Position numbers and translations under genes: made by a program. A stretch of DNA of 53,811 bases from Methanomicrobiales archaeon (GTDB lineage Archaea > Halobacteriota > Methanomicrobia > Methanomicrobiales > Methanospirillaceae). This document shows, in pieces, positions 29,301-39,205 of this stretch (within the stretch, counting starts at the first letter, position 1; the number at the start of each line of letters is the position of its first letter). The DNA lies in NCBI GenBank assembly GCA_037137755.1, contig JBAXJR010000014.1, forward strand, positions 1 to 53,811. Direction: 5' to 3'. The notes beneath the pieces are model-generated. The model did no database searches. It was given only the letters and a program-made list of their open reading frames with translations, and was not told where the DNA came from.

Positions 29301-30692
29301 AGGTTCATGTCAGAAAATTCCAATGATTTGACCTATACTCTTGACCTTGAGGGCCGCTTTACCCATATCAGCGCCCAGATCAGGCAGTATGGGTTTACAC
29401 CTGAGGATTTCACAGGTCACTCGTTCACTGAATTTGTCGAGGAGGAAGACCTCGAAAAAGTCGCAGGGGATGCTGTGAAGACAATCATAACCGGGGAGAA
29501 ATCACTTACCGTATTCCGGGCGAGGGACAACCGGGGAGAAATTCACTGGATAGAGGATAACAGTAACCCGATGTTTGACACAGCAGGTACAATCATCGGA
29601 ATAGTGGGGGTAATGCGCGAAATCAGTGAGCGCAAGAAAGCCGAGGAAGCGATAAAAGAGCGGGAACAATTTCTCAACCGCCTTATAGAAGCCATCTCGA
29701 ACCCGATTTTTTACAAGGATACCCAGGGGAGGTTTACGGGATGCAATGCAGCGTATGAGAAATTTATCGGACTTTCGAAGGACCGGATCCTCGGAAAGAC
29801 CGTCTATGACATCGCACCGGCTGACCTTGCTGATATCTATTCAGCCAAGGAAACGGAACTCCTTGAGCACCAGGGCATCCAGAATTTTGAAGCCAAGGTC
29901 AGGCATGCTGATGGGACACTGCACGATGTGATCTTCAACAAGGTGTCACTGAGTGATGTGAATGGCGATATTGAGGGTATTGTCGGCTTTATCGTTGACA
30001 TCACTGAACACCGGCAGATGGAAGATGCGATCCGGCTCGCCAATAAGAAACTAAACCTCCTGAACAATATCACCCGTCATGATATCCTGAATACCATTAC
30101 AGGATTATTCGGTCTTGAGGCGATTGCAGCCGATATGGCTGGTACGAAGGAGCTTAAAGAATTAATCGGGGAAATCAGAGACAGTACCAGACGAATGCAG
30201 CAACAGATAACCTTCACACGGGATTACCAGGATATCGGGATACGTTCTCCTACGTGGCAGAATATCGGGAGTACTATTCTCCGTGCGACCGATATTATCA
30301 ACCTCGGGGGTGTCGGGCTGATCATGGAAATCGGGGATTACGAAGTCTATGCAGATCCCCTGCTTGAGCGGGTGTTCTATAACCTGGTTGAAAATTCGTT
30401 AAAATATGGAGGGACCCTCTCAAAAATTACATTCTCATCGTTCCTCTCATTTAACGGGCTGGTTATCTCCTGTGAAGATGATGGTGCTGGGATCAGGGCC
30501 GGTGAAAAGGACCTGATTTTTGAACATGGATATGGCAAGCATACCGGCCTCGGTTTGTTCCTTTCACGGGAAATCCTCGGGATAACAGGTATTTCAATCA
30601 GGGAAACAGGGGTCCAGGAGAGAGGTGCACGGTTCGAGATCCTTGTCCCGGCAGGTAAATACCGGGTGCCAAAGGGGCAGAAGGAGAGATAG
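26346..30692 (+). CDS. Membrane sensor kinase: TM-CHASE4-TM-HAMP-multiple PAS-HisKA-HATPase
   Basis: CHASE4 DWGPWDELY; HAMP DDEITHLA.AMN; about 7 PAS/PAC; H-box ITRHDILN; NLVENSLKYG, DDGAGI, GLGLF. Confidence 0.93.
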   Translation: MNLRGKTLITLSLAFIIIIFILLIFSSGIFIKSYQDLEANQVRETVHLVNKNVDNEITNLNGIVRDWGPWDELYTYAEGNNTGFVALNLVGETYKTLRLNFIVITDKDGKILYARGFNLETNDFTAPPPGLMNELANKSSLFLAVDENTQYSGFLNSPEVPVILSSYPVMHSDYSGPPAGIVFMGRNLDAYEIDKLAMNTVPSLEIIPFDQSSVSSADSAILHAAPGSSVLVVPDSDQTIEGSVLLRDVFGNDALILRLQVPRDIFQQGKKSLLAFILILGLVAMIIGIVVILIIDRFVLARLTRLSHEVDEIGTRGDISSRVTVEGDDEITHLADAMNKTLLKLESSQSTLQKSEERYRSLVETSPVGIIVTRPDGLITFCNPRTSRFLGYESVNNIIGKNVLDLIPPAEHCYALQWMGEVIESGSIWNVEFSALKSDGTPFKLEINASVIRNSKGEPESIIIVTQDVTKRAENDALIKKSENYYRAIFENTGNATIIVNKASIITRANSEFERLSGFSRDETEKKKSWMEFVHKDDLEKVIKYNDLRKTNPEIVPVTYEIRLVHKNGGIHYAINTVEVIPGTTDIVASLLDITERKEIHDALAENENYLKVLLSTIQVGIFVIDAGTHDIIDANPAALAMIGVNSKDRVLNKKCHYFVCPALEGHCPITDLGLNVDNAERELITCDGRVIHIIKHVVPVMLGGKRCLLETFIDNTERNKMQRALQESEEKYRNILERIQDGYYRSDAEGNLILASPSVARTLGYDSLHEIYGKNIANFMYLDPEKRKDFLKTIKETGKVTNYEVALKTRDGSQLIVSTSSHTIYDPHGNYLGIEGLCRDITSVRKTEAALRESETRYRELVELLPQTIFETDLSGQVVSTNRVGFDMFGYERGDMHLGVNALDLLVTEDRERAAGNLMRVIMGENIGGIEYTVQKKDGTRFPVIVYASPVTHDNRITGMIGIIVDITERKKIEEALKKSEEKYRFMSENSNDLTYTLDLEGRFTHISAQIRQYGFTPEDFTGHSFTEFVEEEDLEKVAGDAVKTIITGEKSLTVFRARDNRGEIHWIEDNSNPMFDTAGTIIGIVGVMREISERKKAEEAIKEREQFLNRLIEAISNPIFYKDTQGRFTGCNAAYEKFIGLSKDRILGKTVYDIAPADLADIYSAKETELLEHQGIQNFEAKVRHADGTLHDVIFNKVSLSDVNGDIEGIVGFIVDITEHRQMEDAIRLANKKLNLLNNITRHDILNTITGLFGLEAIAADMAGTKELKELIGEIRDSTRRMQQQITFTRDYQDIGIRSPTWQNIGSTILRATDIINLGGVGLIMEIGDYEVYADPLLERVFYNLVENSLKYGGTLSKITFSSFLSFNGLVISCEDDGAGIRAGEKDLIFEHGYGKHTGLGLFLSREILGITGISIRETGVQERGARFEILVPAGKYRVPKGQKER

Positions 30693-30811
30693 GAGGGGAG
30701 ATGTATTTCATGATACAGCAACAGGTATACCTTACCCGGTTCATATTCGAAGAGTATATCCTGATGAAACAGTCAATAGATTATTATTGTTTCAACCTGG
30801 GGGAATGAATA

Positions 30812-31927
30812 ACGATATCGGTACTTCTTGTGGACGATGAAATGGACCTTCTTGAAATAGGGAAGATCTTTCTTGAAGACACCGGGGAATTTACGATTGA
30901 CCCGGTAATTTCAGCATCTCTGGCACTCGAGAACCTGAAAACGAAACATTATGACGCAATTGTCTCTGATTACGAGATGCCGGTAATTGATGGCATCGCA
31001 TTTCTCAAGACATTAAAATCACAGGGCTCGGACATACCGTTCATTATATTTACAGGAAGAGGCAGGGAACATGTAGCGATGGAAGCACTGAATAACGGGG
31101 CGGCCTTTTACCTCCAGAAAGGAATGGACACAAAGTCCCAGTTTGCCGAACTCAAAAACATGATTGCCCAGGCCGTTAAAAGGAAAAGTGTTGAGGAGGA
31201 ACTGTTAAAAAGCGAAGAACGTTACCGGGCAGTCGTTGAGACCCAGACCGAACTAATTACACGATTTCTCCCTGATATGACGCATATATTTGTAAATGAC
31301 GCCTACTGCCGGTACTTCGGCCTTAAAAACGAGGATATTGTAGGGTACAAATTCACACCAGATATCCCGGCAGAGGACTTGCCACAGGTCAGGGAACATT
31401 TCCGCTCGCTTACGCGGGAAAACCCGGCAGGTACCATTGAACACCGCATTATTCTGCCCGGTGGAAAGGTCCGCTGGCACGAATACACTGACAGGGCGAT
31501 ATTCAACGGTAACGGTACCATTATTGAGTACCAGTCAGTAGGGAGGGACATTACCGAGCGCAGGTGGGGTGAAGAGAAGGTATCATACCTTGCCTCTTTC
31601 ACCGATATGAACCCGAACCCTGTCGTCGAACTGGGGAGAGACAGGAAAATACGCTATGTGAACCCGGCAACTGCCACGTTTTTCCCGGATTACCATAAAC
31701 TCGGTTTAAATCACCCGTTATTTAATAATCTGCCGGAACTGCTTGAGCAGGCAAATGCGCGGGGTATGAAATCCCTGGTAAGAACGTTGAAAATCGGAAA
31801 GGACTGGTTTGAAGAAACGGTTTTATGGTCAGATTCCTCAAAAGAAAAGCAGCGAATGGCAATTTATGTGACCAAAATTTCCCAAGTCCCTGATGGCGAA
31901 CTTGTATCAATGCCCGTGGCAGATTGA
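30812..31927 (+). CDS. REC-PAS-PAS signal transduction protein; the predicted start codon reads ACG
   Basis: ACG ATA TCG GTA CTT CTT GTG GAC GAT GAA = (M)ISVLLVDDE after GGGGGA; SDYEMP; FIIFTGRGRE; PAS domains; no kinase domain. Confidence 0.8.
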   Translation, partial: TISVLLVDDEMDLLEIGKIFLEDTGEFTIDPVISASLALENLKTKHYDAIVSDYEMPVIDGIAFLKTLKSQGSDIPFIIFTGRGREHVAMEALNNGAAFYLQKGMDTKSQFAELKNMIAQAVKRKSVEEELLKSEERYRAVVETQTELITRFLPDMTHIFVNDAYCRYFGLKNEDIVGYKFTPDIPAEDLPQVREHFRSLTRENPAGTIEHRIILPGGKVRWHEYTDRAIFNGNGTIIEYQSVGRDITERRWGEEKVSYLASFTDMNPNPVVELGRDRKIRYVNPATATFFPDYHKLGLNHPLFNNLPELLEQANARGMKSLVRTLKIGKDWFEETVLWSDSSKEKQRMAIYVTKISQVPDGELVSMPVAD

Positions 31928-32067
31928 AAAACGTGTAAGAATTTCTCCGGATATTAATACCAGGTTTTTCACTCCGGGCACAGGCATAAACAGGGTTATT
32001 AAATAACAATTCAGGACAATTGTTCAATTACCTGATAACGGGAACATATATCGCAACGGGTACTACC

Positions 32068-32436
32068 ATGACAAAAGCGAGCATTTTCATTGTGGAAGAT
32101 GATGATATCATCGCCAAGACCACCGAATGGCGATTAAAAAAACTGGGATACGAGGTCGCCGGAAGGGCAACCAACGGCAAGGATGCAATCGATGGGGTCA
32201 CCAGGAATCATCCGGACCTTGTACTGATGGACATTAATCTTCCTGGTGATATTGACGGCATCACCACGGCAGATATTATCAGGAAGACTCTTGACATCTC
32301 GGTTATCTATATGACCGCCCGTTCTGACGATGAGACCCTGCACCTTGCAAAAGCCACCCGTCCGGCAGGGTACCTTGTAAAACCATTTGAAGACAAGGAC
32401 CTCAGGGTAGCGATCGAGATGGCGCTTAAGGAATGA
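32068..32436 (+). CDS. Single-domain response regulator (REC)
   Basis: IVEDD, LMDINL, YMTA, YLVKPF. Confidence 0.92.
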   Translation: MTKASIFIVEDDDIIAKTTEWRLKKLGYEVAGRATNGKDAIDGVTRNHPDLVLMDINLPGDIDGITTADIIRKTLDISVIYMTARSDDETLHLAKATRPAGYLVKPFEDKDLRVAIEMALKE

Positions 32437-32543
32437 AGAATTCCGGTAATTGATCGTCACGTGCACCGGGCATTGGTGAACCAATAAGCCGGCGTCACAC
32501 CAATTCAACATCTTAAAGTAACGAAATAACTCACATAGTAGTG

Positions 32544-33167
32544 ATGATCCCCCTCATGATCGATTTTTCAGGCAAACGCATTGTGATATTCGGAGGGGGG
32601 GATATTGGTGCACGGAAAGCTGCCTATTTTTGTGAAGAGACAGAAGTGACCGTAATAAGCCGTTCGTTTTCGCCGGCATTCAACGATTTAACGGTCAGGA
32701 GAGTCGAGATGAACCTGGCCGGAATTGGGGATTATGAACTGGACAGCCTTGTAAAGGAGGCCTTCCTCGTAATCGCTGCAACGCAGGACACAACCCTGAA
32801 CGATCGGATCGGGCGATACTGCCTGATCAGGAATGTGCTGTTCAATAATGCGGACGGGAAGGCAGGAGACGTGACCCTGCCCTCGCAACTGAAAGGGGAG
32901 CATTATAACATCGCTATCAGTACCAATGGGGAAAGCCCGGGTGTATCGCGGTTTCTCCGCGAGCATATCGGGCAATCATACCCCCATCTTGACAGGATGA
33001 TCGAAGTCCAGAACCAGCTCCGCACAAGTTTGAAACAGAAAATACCAGACCAGGACAGGAGGAGCAGGATCCTGCACGAGGTACTTGATGATGAAAACAT
33101 CTGGAAAGCCCTGGAATCCGGAACCGGCCCTGCGTGGGAGATTATTGAGCGGAGGTACCTTAATTGA
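32544..33167 (+). CDS. sirC: Precorrin-2 dehydrogenase (SirC/CysG N-terminal-like)
   Basis: MIPLMID, GGGDIGARK Rossmann motif, IAAT, ISTNGESP; first gene of the hem cluster. Confidence 0.9.
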   Translation: MIPLMIDFSGKRIVIFGGGDIGARKAAYFCEETEVTVISRSFSPAFNDLTVRRVEMNLAGIGDYELDSLVKEAFLVIAATQDTTLNDRIGRYCLIRNVLFNNADGKAGDVTLPSQLKGEHYNIAISTNGESPGVSRFLREHIGQSYPHLDRMIEVQNQLRTSLKQKIPDQDRRSRILHEVLDDENIWKALESGTGPAWEIIERRYLN

Positions 33168-33184
33168 CGGGAAGGCAGGGGAAC

Positions 33185-34456
33185 ATGGAACTCTGTTTCA
33201 CCCGGTTCGCCATCGCGGGGATCAATCATCATACAGCCGATGTCGCCGCTATCGAGGCCTTCCGGTTTTCTGACGAACCAGCGTTCCTCATGGATGCCAA
33301 GGAACACTTTAAGGGTGTCATGCTCCTCCAGACGTGCAACAGGGTTGAGATTGTTGTGCATGGGGATGCAGAGGCCCTTCGGGCATTCCTGTTTGAAAAT
33401 GGCCGTAGTGAGTTCGCGGTATATAATGGGAAAGACGCACTCGGGCACCTCCTTGAAGTGGCATGTGGAATAGACTCCATGATTGTCGGTGAAGACCAGA
33501 TCATCGGCCAGCTGAAGAAGGCACTCGGCGATGCACAGGAGGCAGGTTCCTGCAGCAGCGTGCTCGAACTCTGTATCAACAAGGCCGTGCATGTGGGTGT
33601 CGAATGCCGGAGACGGACCCAGATTAACCGTGGAGCGGTCTCTGTCGGCTCTGCTGCAGTCCAGCTCGCCGAGGAGCAGCTCGGGAGCCTGAAGGGAAAA
33701 CACATCCTTGTTATCGGAAGCGGGGAAATGGGACTTCTGGTTGCCCAGGCTCTTGCGGCGAAAGACCTTACCGCCATCTATGTCGCCAACCGGACCTACG
33801 AGCGGGCGGTGATTCTCGCAAAGAAAATAGGGGGGCGGGCGGTGAAATTTGACGAGATGAACCGGTACCTCACCCTTTCGGACGTCGTTATCTCCTGCAC
33901 CTCGGCACCCCACCCGGTTATTAAGAAAAGCGACCTGCACGAAGTTATGAAAGGCCGTTGCTGGCCTCTGGACGGGCACCCAAGGCCCCTGATCCTGGTC
34001 GATATAGCGCAGCCACGGGATGTCGAGGAAGCAGCCGGCACTCTTGACGGGGTACATCTTTTCACCATCGATAACCTCAGGGAGGTAAACGAGTGCACGA
34101 TGAATAACCGCCAGCTTGAGGCTGAAAAGGCAAGAGATTTCCTCGTAGAGGAACTCGGGCAATTCGTGTTCCTCCTCAACAGGAAAGCAGCTGACGACAC
34201 CCTTGCCACCCTCCATACATGGGCCGAGGCAATACGGGTCAGGGAACGTGACAGGGCATTGGGCAGGTTCCCGGTTAAGGATGAAAAGACCGTGGCGATC
34301 GTGGAGGACCTTTCCCGTGTGCTTGTAACCAAAATCTTAAACGATGCAACATTTTCCATCAGGTCATGCGCCGAATCAGGTGACATGGCAACGGCCGAGG
34401 CACTTGTTGCAGCTATAATCAGAGGTGATCGGATATGTACCCGCAACGAAGAATGA
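33185..34456 (+). CDS. hemA: Glutamyl-tRNA reductase
   Basis: LQTCNRVE, GIDSMIVGEDQI, GSGEMG, ANRT, DIAQPRDV. Confidence 0.97.
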   Translation: MELCFTRFAIAGINHHTADVAAIEAFRFSDEPAFLMDAKEHFKGVMLLQTCNRVEIVVHGDAEALRAFLFENGRSEFAVYNGKDALGHLLEVACGIDSMIVGEDQIIGQLKKALGDAQEAGSCSSVLELCINKAVHVGVECRRRTQINRGAVSVGSAAVQLAEEQLGSLKGKHILVIGSGEMGLLVAQALAAKDLTAIYVANRTYERAVILAKKIGGRAVKFDEMNRYLTLSDVVISCTSAPHPVIKKSDLHEVMKGRCWPLDGHPRPLILVDIAQPRDVEEAAGTLDGVHLFTIDNLREVNECTMNNRQLEAEKARDFLVEELGQFVFLLNRKAADDTLATLHTWAEAIRVRERDRALGRFPVKDEKTVAIVEDLSRVLVTKILNDATFSIRSCAESGDMATAEALVAAIIRGDRICTRNEE

Positions 34457-35430
34457 GACGGCTGCGAAAGCGAACGCTCCAGCCACTGTTCAGGGAGACG
34501 ATACTTCATGCAACAGACCTTGTAGCACCGCTATTCATCGACGAGAACACAACAGGTAAAATTCCAATCGGTTCAATGCCAGGGCAGTACCGTTACCCGC
34601 CCGGGGAAATCGCGCTTCACGTCCAGTCCCTCTATAATGCCGGGATCAGGGCAGTCCTCCTTTTCGGCATCCCGGCAATAAAAAACGAAGATGCAACAGG
34701 GTCTTATGACAGGTCAGGGGTTGTCCAGAACGCGGTCCGTTCGATAAAGGGGCTGGTACCGGATATTACGGTAATCACAGACGTCTGCGCGTGTGAATAT
34801 ACATCGCATGGGCATTGCGGGATCCTCCACCATGGACGGTGCGGGACAGACCTCGATAATGATGCCTCCCTTCTCCTGATGAACCGTATCGCGGTCAGCC
34901 ATGCAGAGGCAGGGGCAGATATCATTGCCCCTTCCTGCATGCTGGATGGCATGGTCCATTCGATCAGGAAGGCACTGGACGAGGCAGGATACCAGGATAT
35001 CGCGTTGATGTCGTACTCAACCAAGTTTGCAAGTGCCCTTTATGGACCGTTCCGGGAAGCTGCAGACTCGGGTTTTTCCTTCGGGGACCGGAGCACCTAC
35101 CAGATGGACCCGGCCAATGCCCGCGAGGCGTTTCTCGAATCGCAACTTGATGCAAAAGAAGGTGCTGACATCCTGATGGTAAAACCTGCCGGTAACTACC
35201 TGGATATACTTTCTGCTATCTGCACTATCGGGCTCCCGGTCGCTGCCTACCAGGTAAGCGGGGAATACTCCCAGATCAAAGCAGCGGCAGAAAGGGGATG
35301 GATAAATGAAAAAGCGGCTGTACTAGAGTCTCTTATCTGTATCAAGCGGGCCGGGGCAGACCTGATCATCACCTATTTTGCCATGGATGCAACCCGGTGG
35401 CTATCTGAAAAGGCAGAAGATCACTACTGA
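34435..35430 (+). CDS. hemB: Porphobilinogen synthase (Zn-type)
   Basis: RMRRLR, DVCACEYTSHGHCG, YGPFREAA, MVKP, AYQVSGEY. Confidence 0.98.
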   Translation: MYPQRRMRRLRKRTLQPLFRETILHATDLVAPLFIDENTTGKIPIGSMPGQYRYPPGEIALHVQSLYNAGIRAVLLFGIPAIKNEDATGSYDRSGVVQNAVRSIKGLVPDITVITDVCACEYTSHGHCGILHHGRCGTDLDNDASLLLMNRIAVSHAEAGADIIAPSCMLDGMVHSIRKALDEAGYQDIALMSYSTKFASALYGPFREAADSGFSFGDRSTYQMDPANAREAFLESQLDAKEGADILMVKPAGNYLDILSAICTIGLPVAAYQVSGEYSQIKAAAERGWINEKAAVLESLICIKRAGADLIITYFAMDATRWLSEKAEDHY

Positions 35431-35504
35431 TGAAGGACGAACGATTCCATCCCGGGTAAATGACGACCTCCGAATCCAGAAATGATACACACGGAAATGA
35501 CAAT

Positions 35505-36752
35505 ATGAAGAGCAATGAAATTTTCGAGACGGCAAAAACCCTTATGCCGGGTGGTGTAAGCAGCCCGGTCAGGGCAATAAAACCCTACCCGTTCTACACG
35601 GAGTCTGCCCACGGGGCACACTTAAAAACAGTGGATGGTAAAGATCTGACTGACTGCTGCATGGCATATGGCCCGTTAATCCTCGGCCATTGCCACCCTG
35701 ATATACGGACGGCAATCGAACTGCAGGTTGAACTGGGCTGGCTGTATGGCACACCAAGTCCCCTTGAGCCGGAAATGGCCCGGAGGGTCACGGGTGCCCA
35801 CCCCGGCATGGACATGGTCAGGTTTGTTTCAAGCGGGTCAGAAGCGACGATGGCCGCAATCCGCCTGGCCCGGGGATTTAGCGGGAAGGAGGATATTGTC
35901 AAGATCGAAGGGGGGTTCCACGGGGCGCATGATGGTGTCCTCGTGAAAGCCGGTTCAGGGGCTACCACGCACGGCGTCCCGGACTCTGCCGGAGTCCTCC
36001 CCGACCTCGTCTCCCACACCCGCCAGGTGCCGTATAATGATCCTGAGGCACTCGAAGAGGTCATTTCCCGGGACGACAACGTTGCGGCGTTCATCCTCGA
36101 ACCGGTGCTTGGTAACATAGGACCGGTCCTCCCCGAATTCAATTACCTCAGGGAGGTCCGTGAGATCACAAAGGCCCATGACGTCCTCCTGATTTTCGAT
36201 GAAGTGATCACCGGTTACCGGATCTGCATGGGTGGTGCACAGGCGTACTTTGGCATCCGCCCCGATATCATGACATTAGGGAAGATCGTGGGAGGGGGGC
36301 TGCCAATCGGGATGTTTGCAGGACGACGGGAGATCATGGAACTGGTCTCACCGTCCGGCCCGGTATACCAGGCAGGCACGTTCTCCGGAAACCCGCTCTC
36401 CCTTTCGGCAGGTATTGCAACAATCGACTGGCTCGATACCCACCCTGAAGTATATACACTGATGAGGCTTGGAGCCGAGGCGATCCGGGACGCCATCCCT
36501 GAAGATTCAGGGGGTAATTTTGTGATGCTCGGCTCTATGTTCAAGTATTTCTTCAGGCCTGAGGCACCACTCAATTACAGCCAGGTAAAGGAATGCGATA
36601 CTGAAGCGTTTGGCAGGTTCTGGAAGGAGATGTATCGTGCAGGTGTTTTCCTGCCTCCTTCGCAGTTTGAGACCAATTTTCTCTCCGCTGCGCATACGGA
36701 AGAGGATATTGAACTGATATCCGATGCGTACCGGCGATCACTCGGACCATAA
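35505..36752 (+). CDS. hemL: Glutamate-1-semialdehyde 2,1-aminomutase
   Basis: [40 protein letters not shown]. Confidence 0.98.
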   Translation: MKSNEIFETAKTLMPGGVSSPVRAIKPYPFYTESAHGAHLKTVDGKDLTDCCMAYGPLILGHCHPDIRTAIELQVELGWLYGTPSPLEPEMARRVTGAHPGMDMVRFVSSGSEATMAAIRLARGFSGKEDIVKIEGGFHGAHDGVLVKAGSGATTHGVPDSAGVLPDLVSHTRQVPYNDPEALEEVISRDDNVAAFILEPVLGNIGPVLPEFNYLREVREITKAHDVLLIFDEVITGYRICMGGAQAYFGIRPDIMTLGKIVGGGLPIGMFAGRREIMELVSPSGPVYQAGTFSGNPLSLSAGIATIDWLDTHPEVYTLMRLGAEAIRDAIPEDSGGNFVMLGSMFKYFFRPEAPLNYSQVKECDTEAFGRFWKEMYRAGVFLPPSQFETNFLSAAHTEEDIELISDAYRRSLGP

Positions 36753-36754
36753 CA

Positions 36755-37666
36755 ATGACATTGAAAATCGGTACACGGGGGAGCAAACTGGCACTGGTAC
36801 AGGCCGATCGGGTCTGTGCAATGCTCAAATCTAAAGGGATCGAGGTAGAGAAGCAGATAATCACGACTGAAGGGGACGCTAATACGGGGATGCCACTCCA
36901 TGAGATCGGTGGCCAGGGGCTTTTTGTACGGGCCCTTGATGATGCAATCCTGCGGGGAGAAATTGATGCAGCGGTGCACTCCATGAAGGATATCCCGGCA
37001 ATCCGGCCACCGGGTGTCCTGACGAGTGCCGTGCTGCCAAGGGACTCTCCAGCCGACTTTCTTGCACATGACAAGAGCATTGACCAGGTAAAGGTTGTAG
37101 GGACATCGAGCACGAGGAGAAAGGCACAACTCCTGCGTCATGACCCCTCGGTCATCGTTGCAGCACTCAGGGGAAATGTCGATACAAGAATGAGAAAACT
37201 TGCCGCCGGTGAATATGATGCAATCGTACTGGCAGAGGCAGGTCTTGAACGGCTCTCCATAAAACTCCCCGGGGAACGCCTGCCTCCGGAAAAATTTGTC
37301 CCATCACCGAACCAGGGGACCATTGCCATCGTCAGCCGTCTTGAGCCATCGCTTACAGAAATAATGAGCCTGCTCGATGACCCGGTTACCCGCTCGGATG
37401 TTGTAATTGAACGGGTCGTAATGGAAGAGGTTGGCGGGGGGTGCTTCACGCCCCTCGGTATCTATTGCCTTAACGGGCACCTGATCGCCTCAGTACTGTC
37501 ACTTGACGGTACACGCGAGGTCAGGGTAGAATATGATATTGCGACAGTTGCTGAAGCCCGGGACCGTGGTCGTGAGCTCCATAACGAGGCCAGTGAACTG
37601 ATTAAAGAGGCTTATACCCTGCTGGGTATCAGCACGCGGAACGATGGGACAGGAGGGAGCAAATGA
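36755..37666 (+). CDS. hemC: Hydroxymethylbilane synthase
   Basis: IGTRGSKLA, AVHSMKD, GTSSTRR, RGNVDTR, GGGCFTP. Confidence 0.98.
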   Translation: MTLKIGTRGSKLALVQADRVCAMLKSKGIEVEKQIITTEGDANTGMPLHEIGGQGLFVRALDDAILRGEIDAAVHSMKDIPAIRPPGVLTSAVLPRDSPADFLAHDKSIDQVKVVGTSSTRRKAQLLRHDPSVIVAALRGNVDTRMRKLAAGEYDAIVLAEAGLERLSIKLPGERLPPEKFVPSPNQGTIAIVSRLEPSLTEIMSLLDDPVTRSDVVIERVVMEEVGGGCFTPLGIYCLNGHLIASVLSLDGTREVRVEYDIATVAEARDRGRELHNEASELIKEAYTLLGISTRNDGTGGSK

Positions 37667-37763
37667 AGCAGAATAAGAAATTCACTGCAGGATCCACAGG
37701 TATCAGGAAGAATGGCATTGTTCCATGTGGACGAATTTTTCAGGAAACATACGGGGAGTATCC

Positions 37764-38519
37764 ATGACGGGAATGGTTTATCTGGTTGGGTCAGGTCCCG
37801 GTGGCACCGGTCTCCTGACATTACGGGCACGGGAAGTAATAGATTCGGCTGAAGTCGTCCTTTACGACCAGCTTCCGGGAGAGGAGATCCTGAATTCACT
37901 CCCGGCTGCCGCAGAAAAGATCGACTGTGGCAAATATGGAAGCGATCACACTCTCGAACAGGACGAGATCGAGGCGCTCATGGTCGCCCGGGCACAGGCA
38001 GGAAAACGGGTCGTCAGGCTGAAGGGTGGAGACCCGTTTGTATTCGGCCGTGGAGGAGAAGAACTCGAAGTCCTCATTACACACGGGATTCCCGTGGAAG
38101 TAGTGCCTGGTGTCACAAGCGCGGTTGCGGTTCCTGCGGCAGTCGGTATCCCACTCACCCACCGTAAGTATGCATCCCAGGTCACCATCCTCACCGGCCA
38201 CGAGGACCCGAAAAAAGCCGGGACTGCACTGGACTGGGAACTCCTTGCAAAAGGGAGGGGGACAATTGTGGTCCTGATGGGAGTTAAAAATCTCCCTAAT
38301 ATTGCAGAATCACTGCTCACTCACGGAAAAAGTCCCGAAACACCGGTAGCGATCATCGAGCGGGGCCTCCGTAAAGACCAGCGTGTCACCGTTGCCCCTT
38401 TAAAGGATATCAGTAGCAGGGCAAAGGCAATTGGCGTCACTCCCCCGGCGATTATCGTCATCGGGGACGTCGTGCGGCTCTACCATGAAGACCGGCAGTC
38501 CTTCGTTGCAACGGAATGA
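37764..38519 (+). CDS. cobA: Uroporphyrinogen-III C-methyltransferase
   Basis: VYLVGSGPG, RLKGGDPFVFGRGGEE, VPGVTS, TGHE; no fused HemD. Confidence 0.95.
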   Translation: MTGMVYLVGSGPGGTGLLTLRAREVIDSAEVVLYDQLPGEEILNSLPAAAEKIDCGKYGSDHTLEQDEIEALMVARAQAGKRVVRLKGGDPFVFGRGGEELEVLITHGIPVEVVPGVTSAVAVPAAVGIPLTHRKYASQVTILTGHEDPKKAGTALDWELLAKGRGTIVVLMGVKNLPNIAESLLTHGKSPETPVAIIERGLRKDQRVTVAPLKDISSRAKAIGVTPPAIIVIGDVVRLYHEDRQSFVATE

Positions 38520-38541
38520 CCCGGCAGAGGTAGCGGGTCAT
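38516..38541 (+). terminator. Stem-loop at the end of cobA
   Basis: ATGACCCG ... CGGGTCAT perfect 8-bp inverted repeat overlapping the stop codon. Confidence 0.4.
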
Positions 38542-38671
38542 CAAAATAGCCCCTGCAGAAAAGAATGGGGGGTCCACCCGTTAATCCTACCCTTATTTGA
38601 GCCCCTTAACCCGAATCCCATCGCAAAACAAGCATTAATACCTTTACGCAACCTTATTTTATTACAATACC

Positions 38672-39205
38672 ATGGAACTTTCCGGCGGACCAACAAAGGA
38701 CGAGGTGATGGCGATTTCGCTGTTCAAACTCGGGCTTCTCGAGGGGGATAGTTTTGCCGATATCGGGTGTGGGACCGGTAAAATTTCACTTGCCGTCTCA
38801 CACCGGACCTCGAAAATTTATGCCATAGACCGGCGGAAAGAGGCGATCGATCTCACCAGGGAAAAAGCAGAAAGGGCCGGTGCAAATAATATCAGGTTCT
38901 TCCAGGGTGAAGCCGTTGATTTCCTCCCGACCATTGACCAGCTGGACTGTGCGTTCATCGGGGGCTCGGGTAACCTTGAACGGGTGCTGCGGATCCTTCA
39001 TACACTTGGCACACGCTCAATTGTGGTAAATGCAGTAAAAGTCGAGACATTATATCTTGCGATCAGCACCATGGAACAACTGGGAATTTTTAAGGAGGCA
39101 GTCCATGTACAGGTCTCCCGCTCCTCCCCGCTTGCCGGCGGTACCATGTTCAAGCCGATAGACCCGGTCTATATCATCGTCGGAGGCACACAGGCATGCT
39201 TGTAG
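38672..39205 (+). CDS. cbiT: Cobalt-precorrin-6B C15-methyltransferase (decarboxylating)
   Basis: GPTKDEV, DIGCGTG, FIGGSG. Confidence 0.93.
   Translation: MELSGGPTKDEVMAISLFKLGLLEGDSFADIGCGTGKISLAVSHRTSKIYAIDRRKEAIDLTREKAERAGANNIRFFQGEAVDFLPTIDQLDCAFIGGSGNLERVLRILHTLGTRSIVVNAVKVETLYLAISTMEQLGIFKEAVHVQVSRSSPLAGGTMFKPIDPVYIIVGGTQACL

Noticed and set aside
32903-34216. 437-aa minus-strand ORF
   Set aside because: Antisense shadow of hemA/sirC; no recognisable motifs
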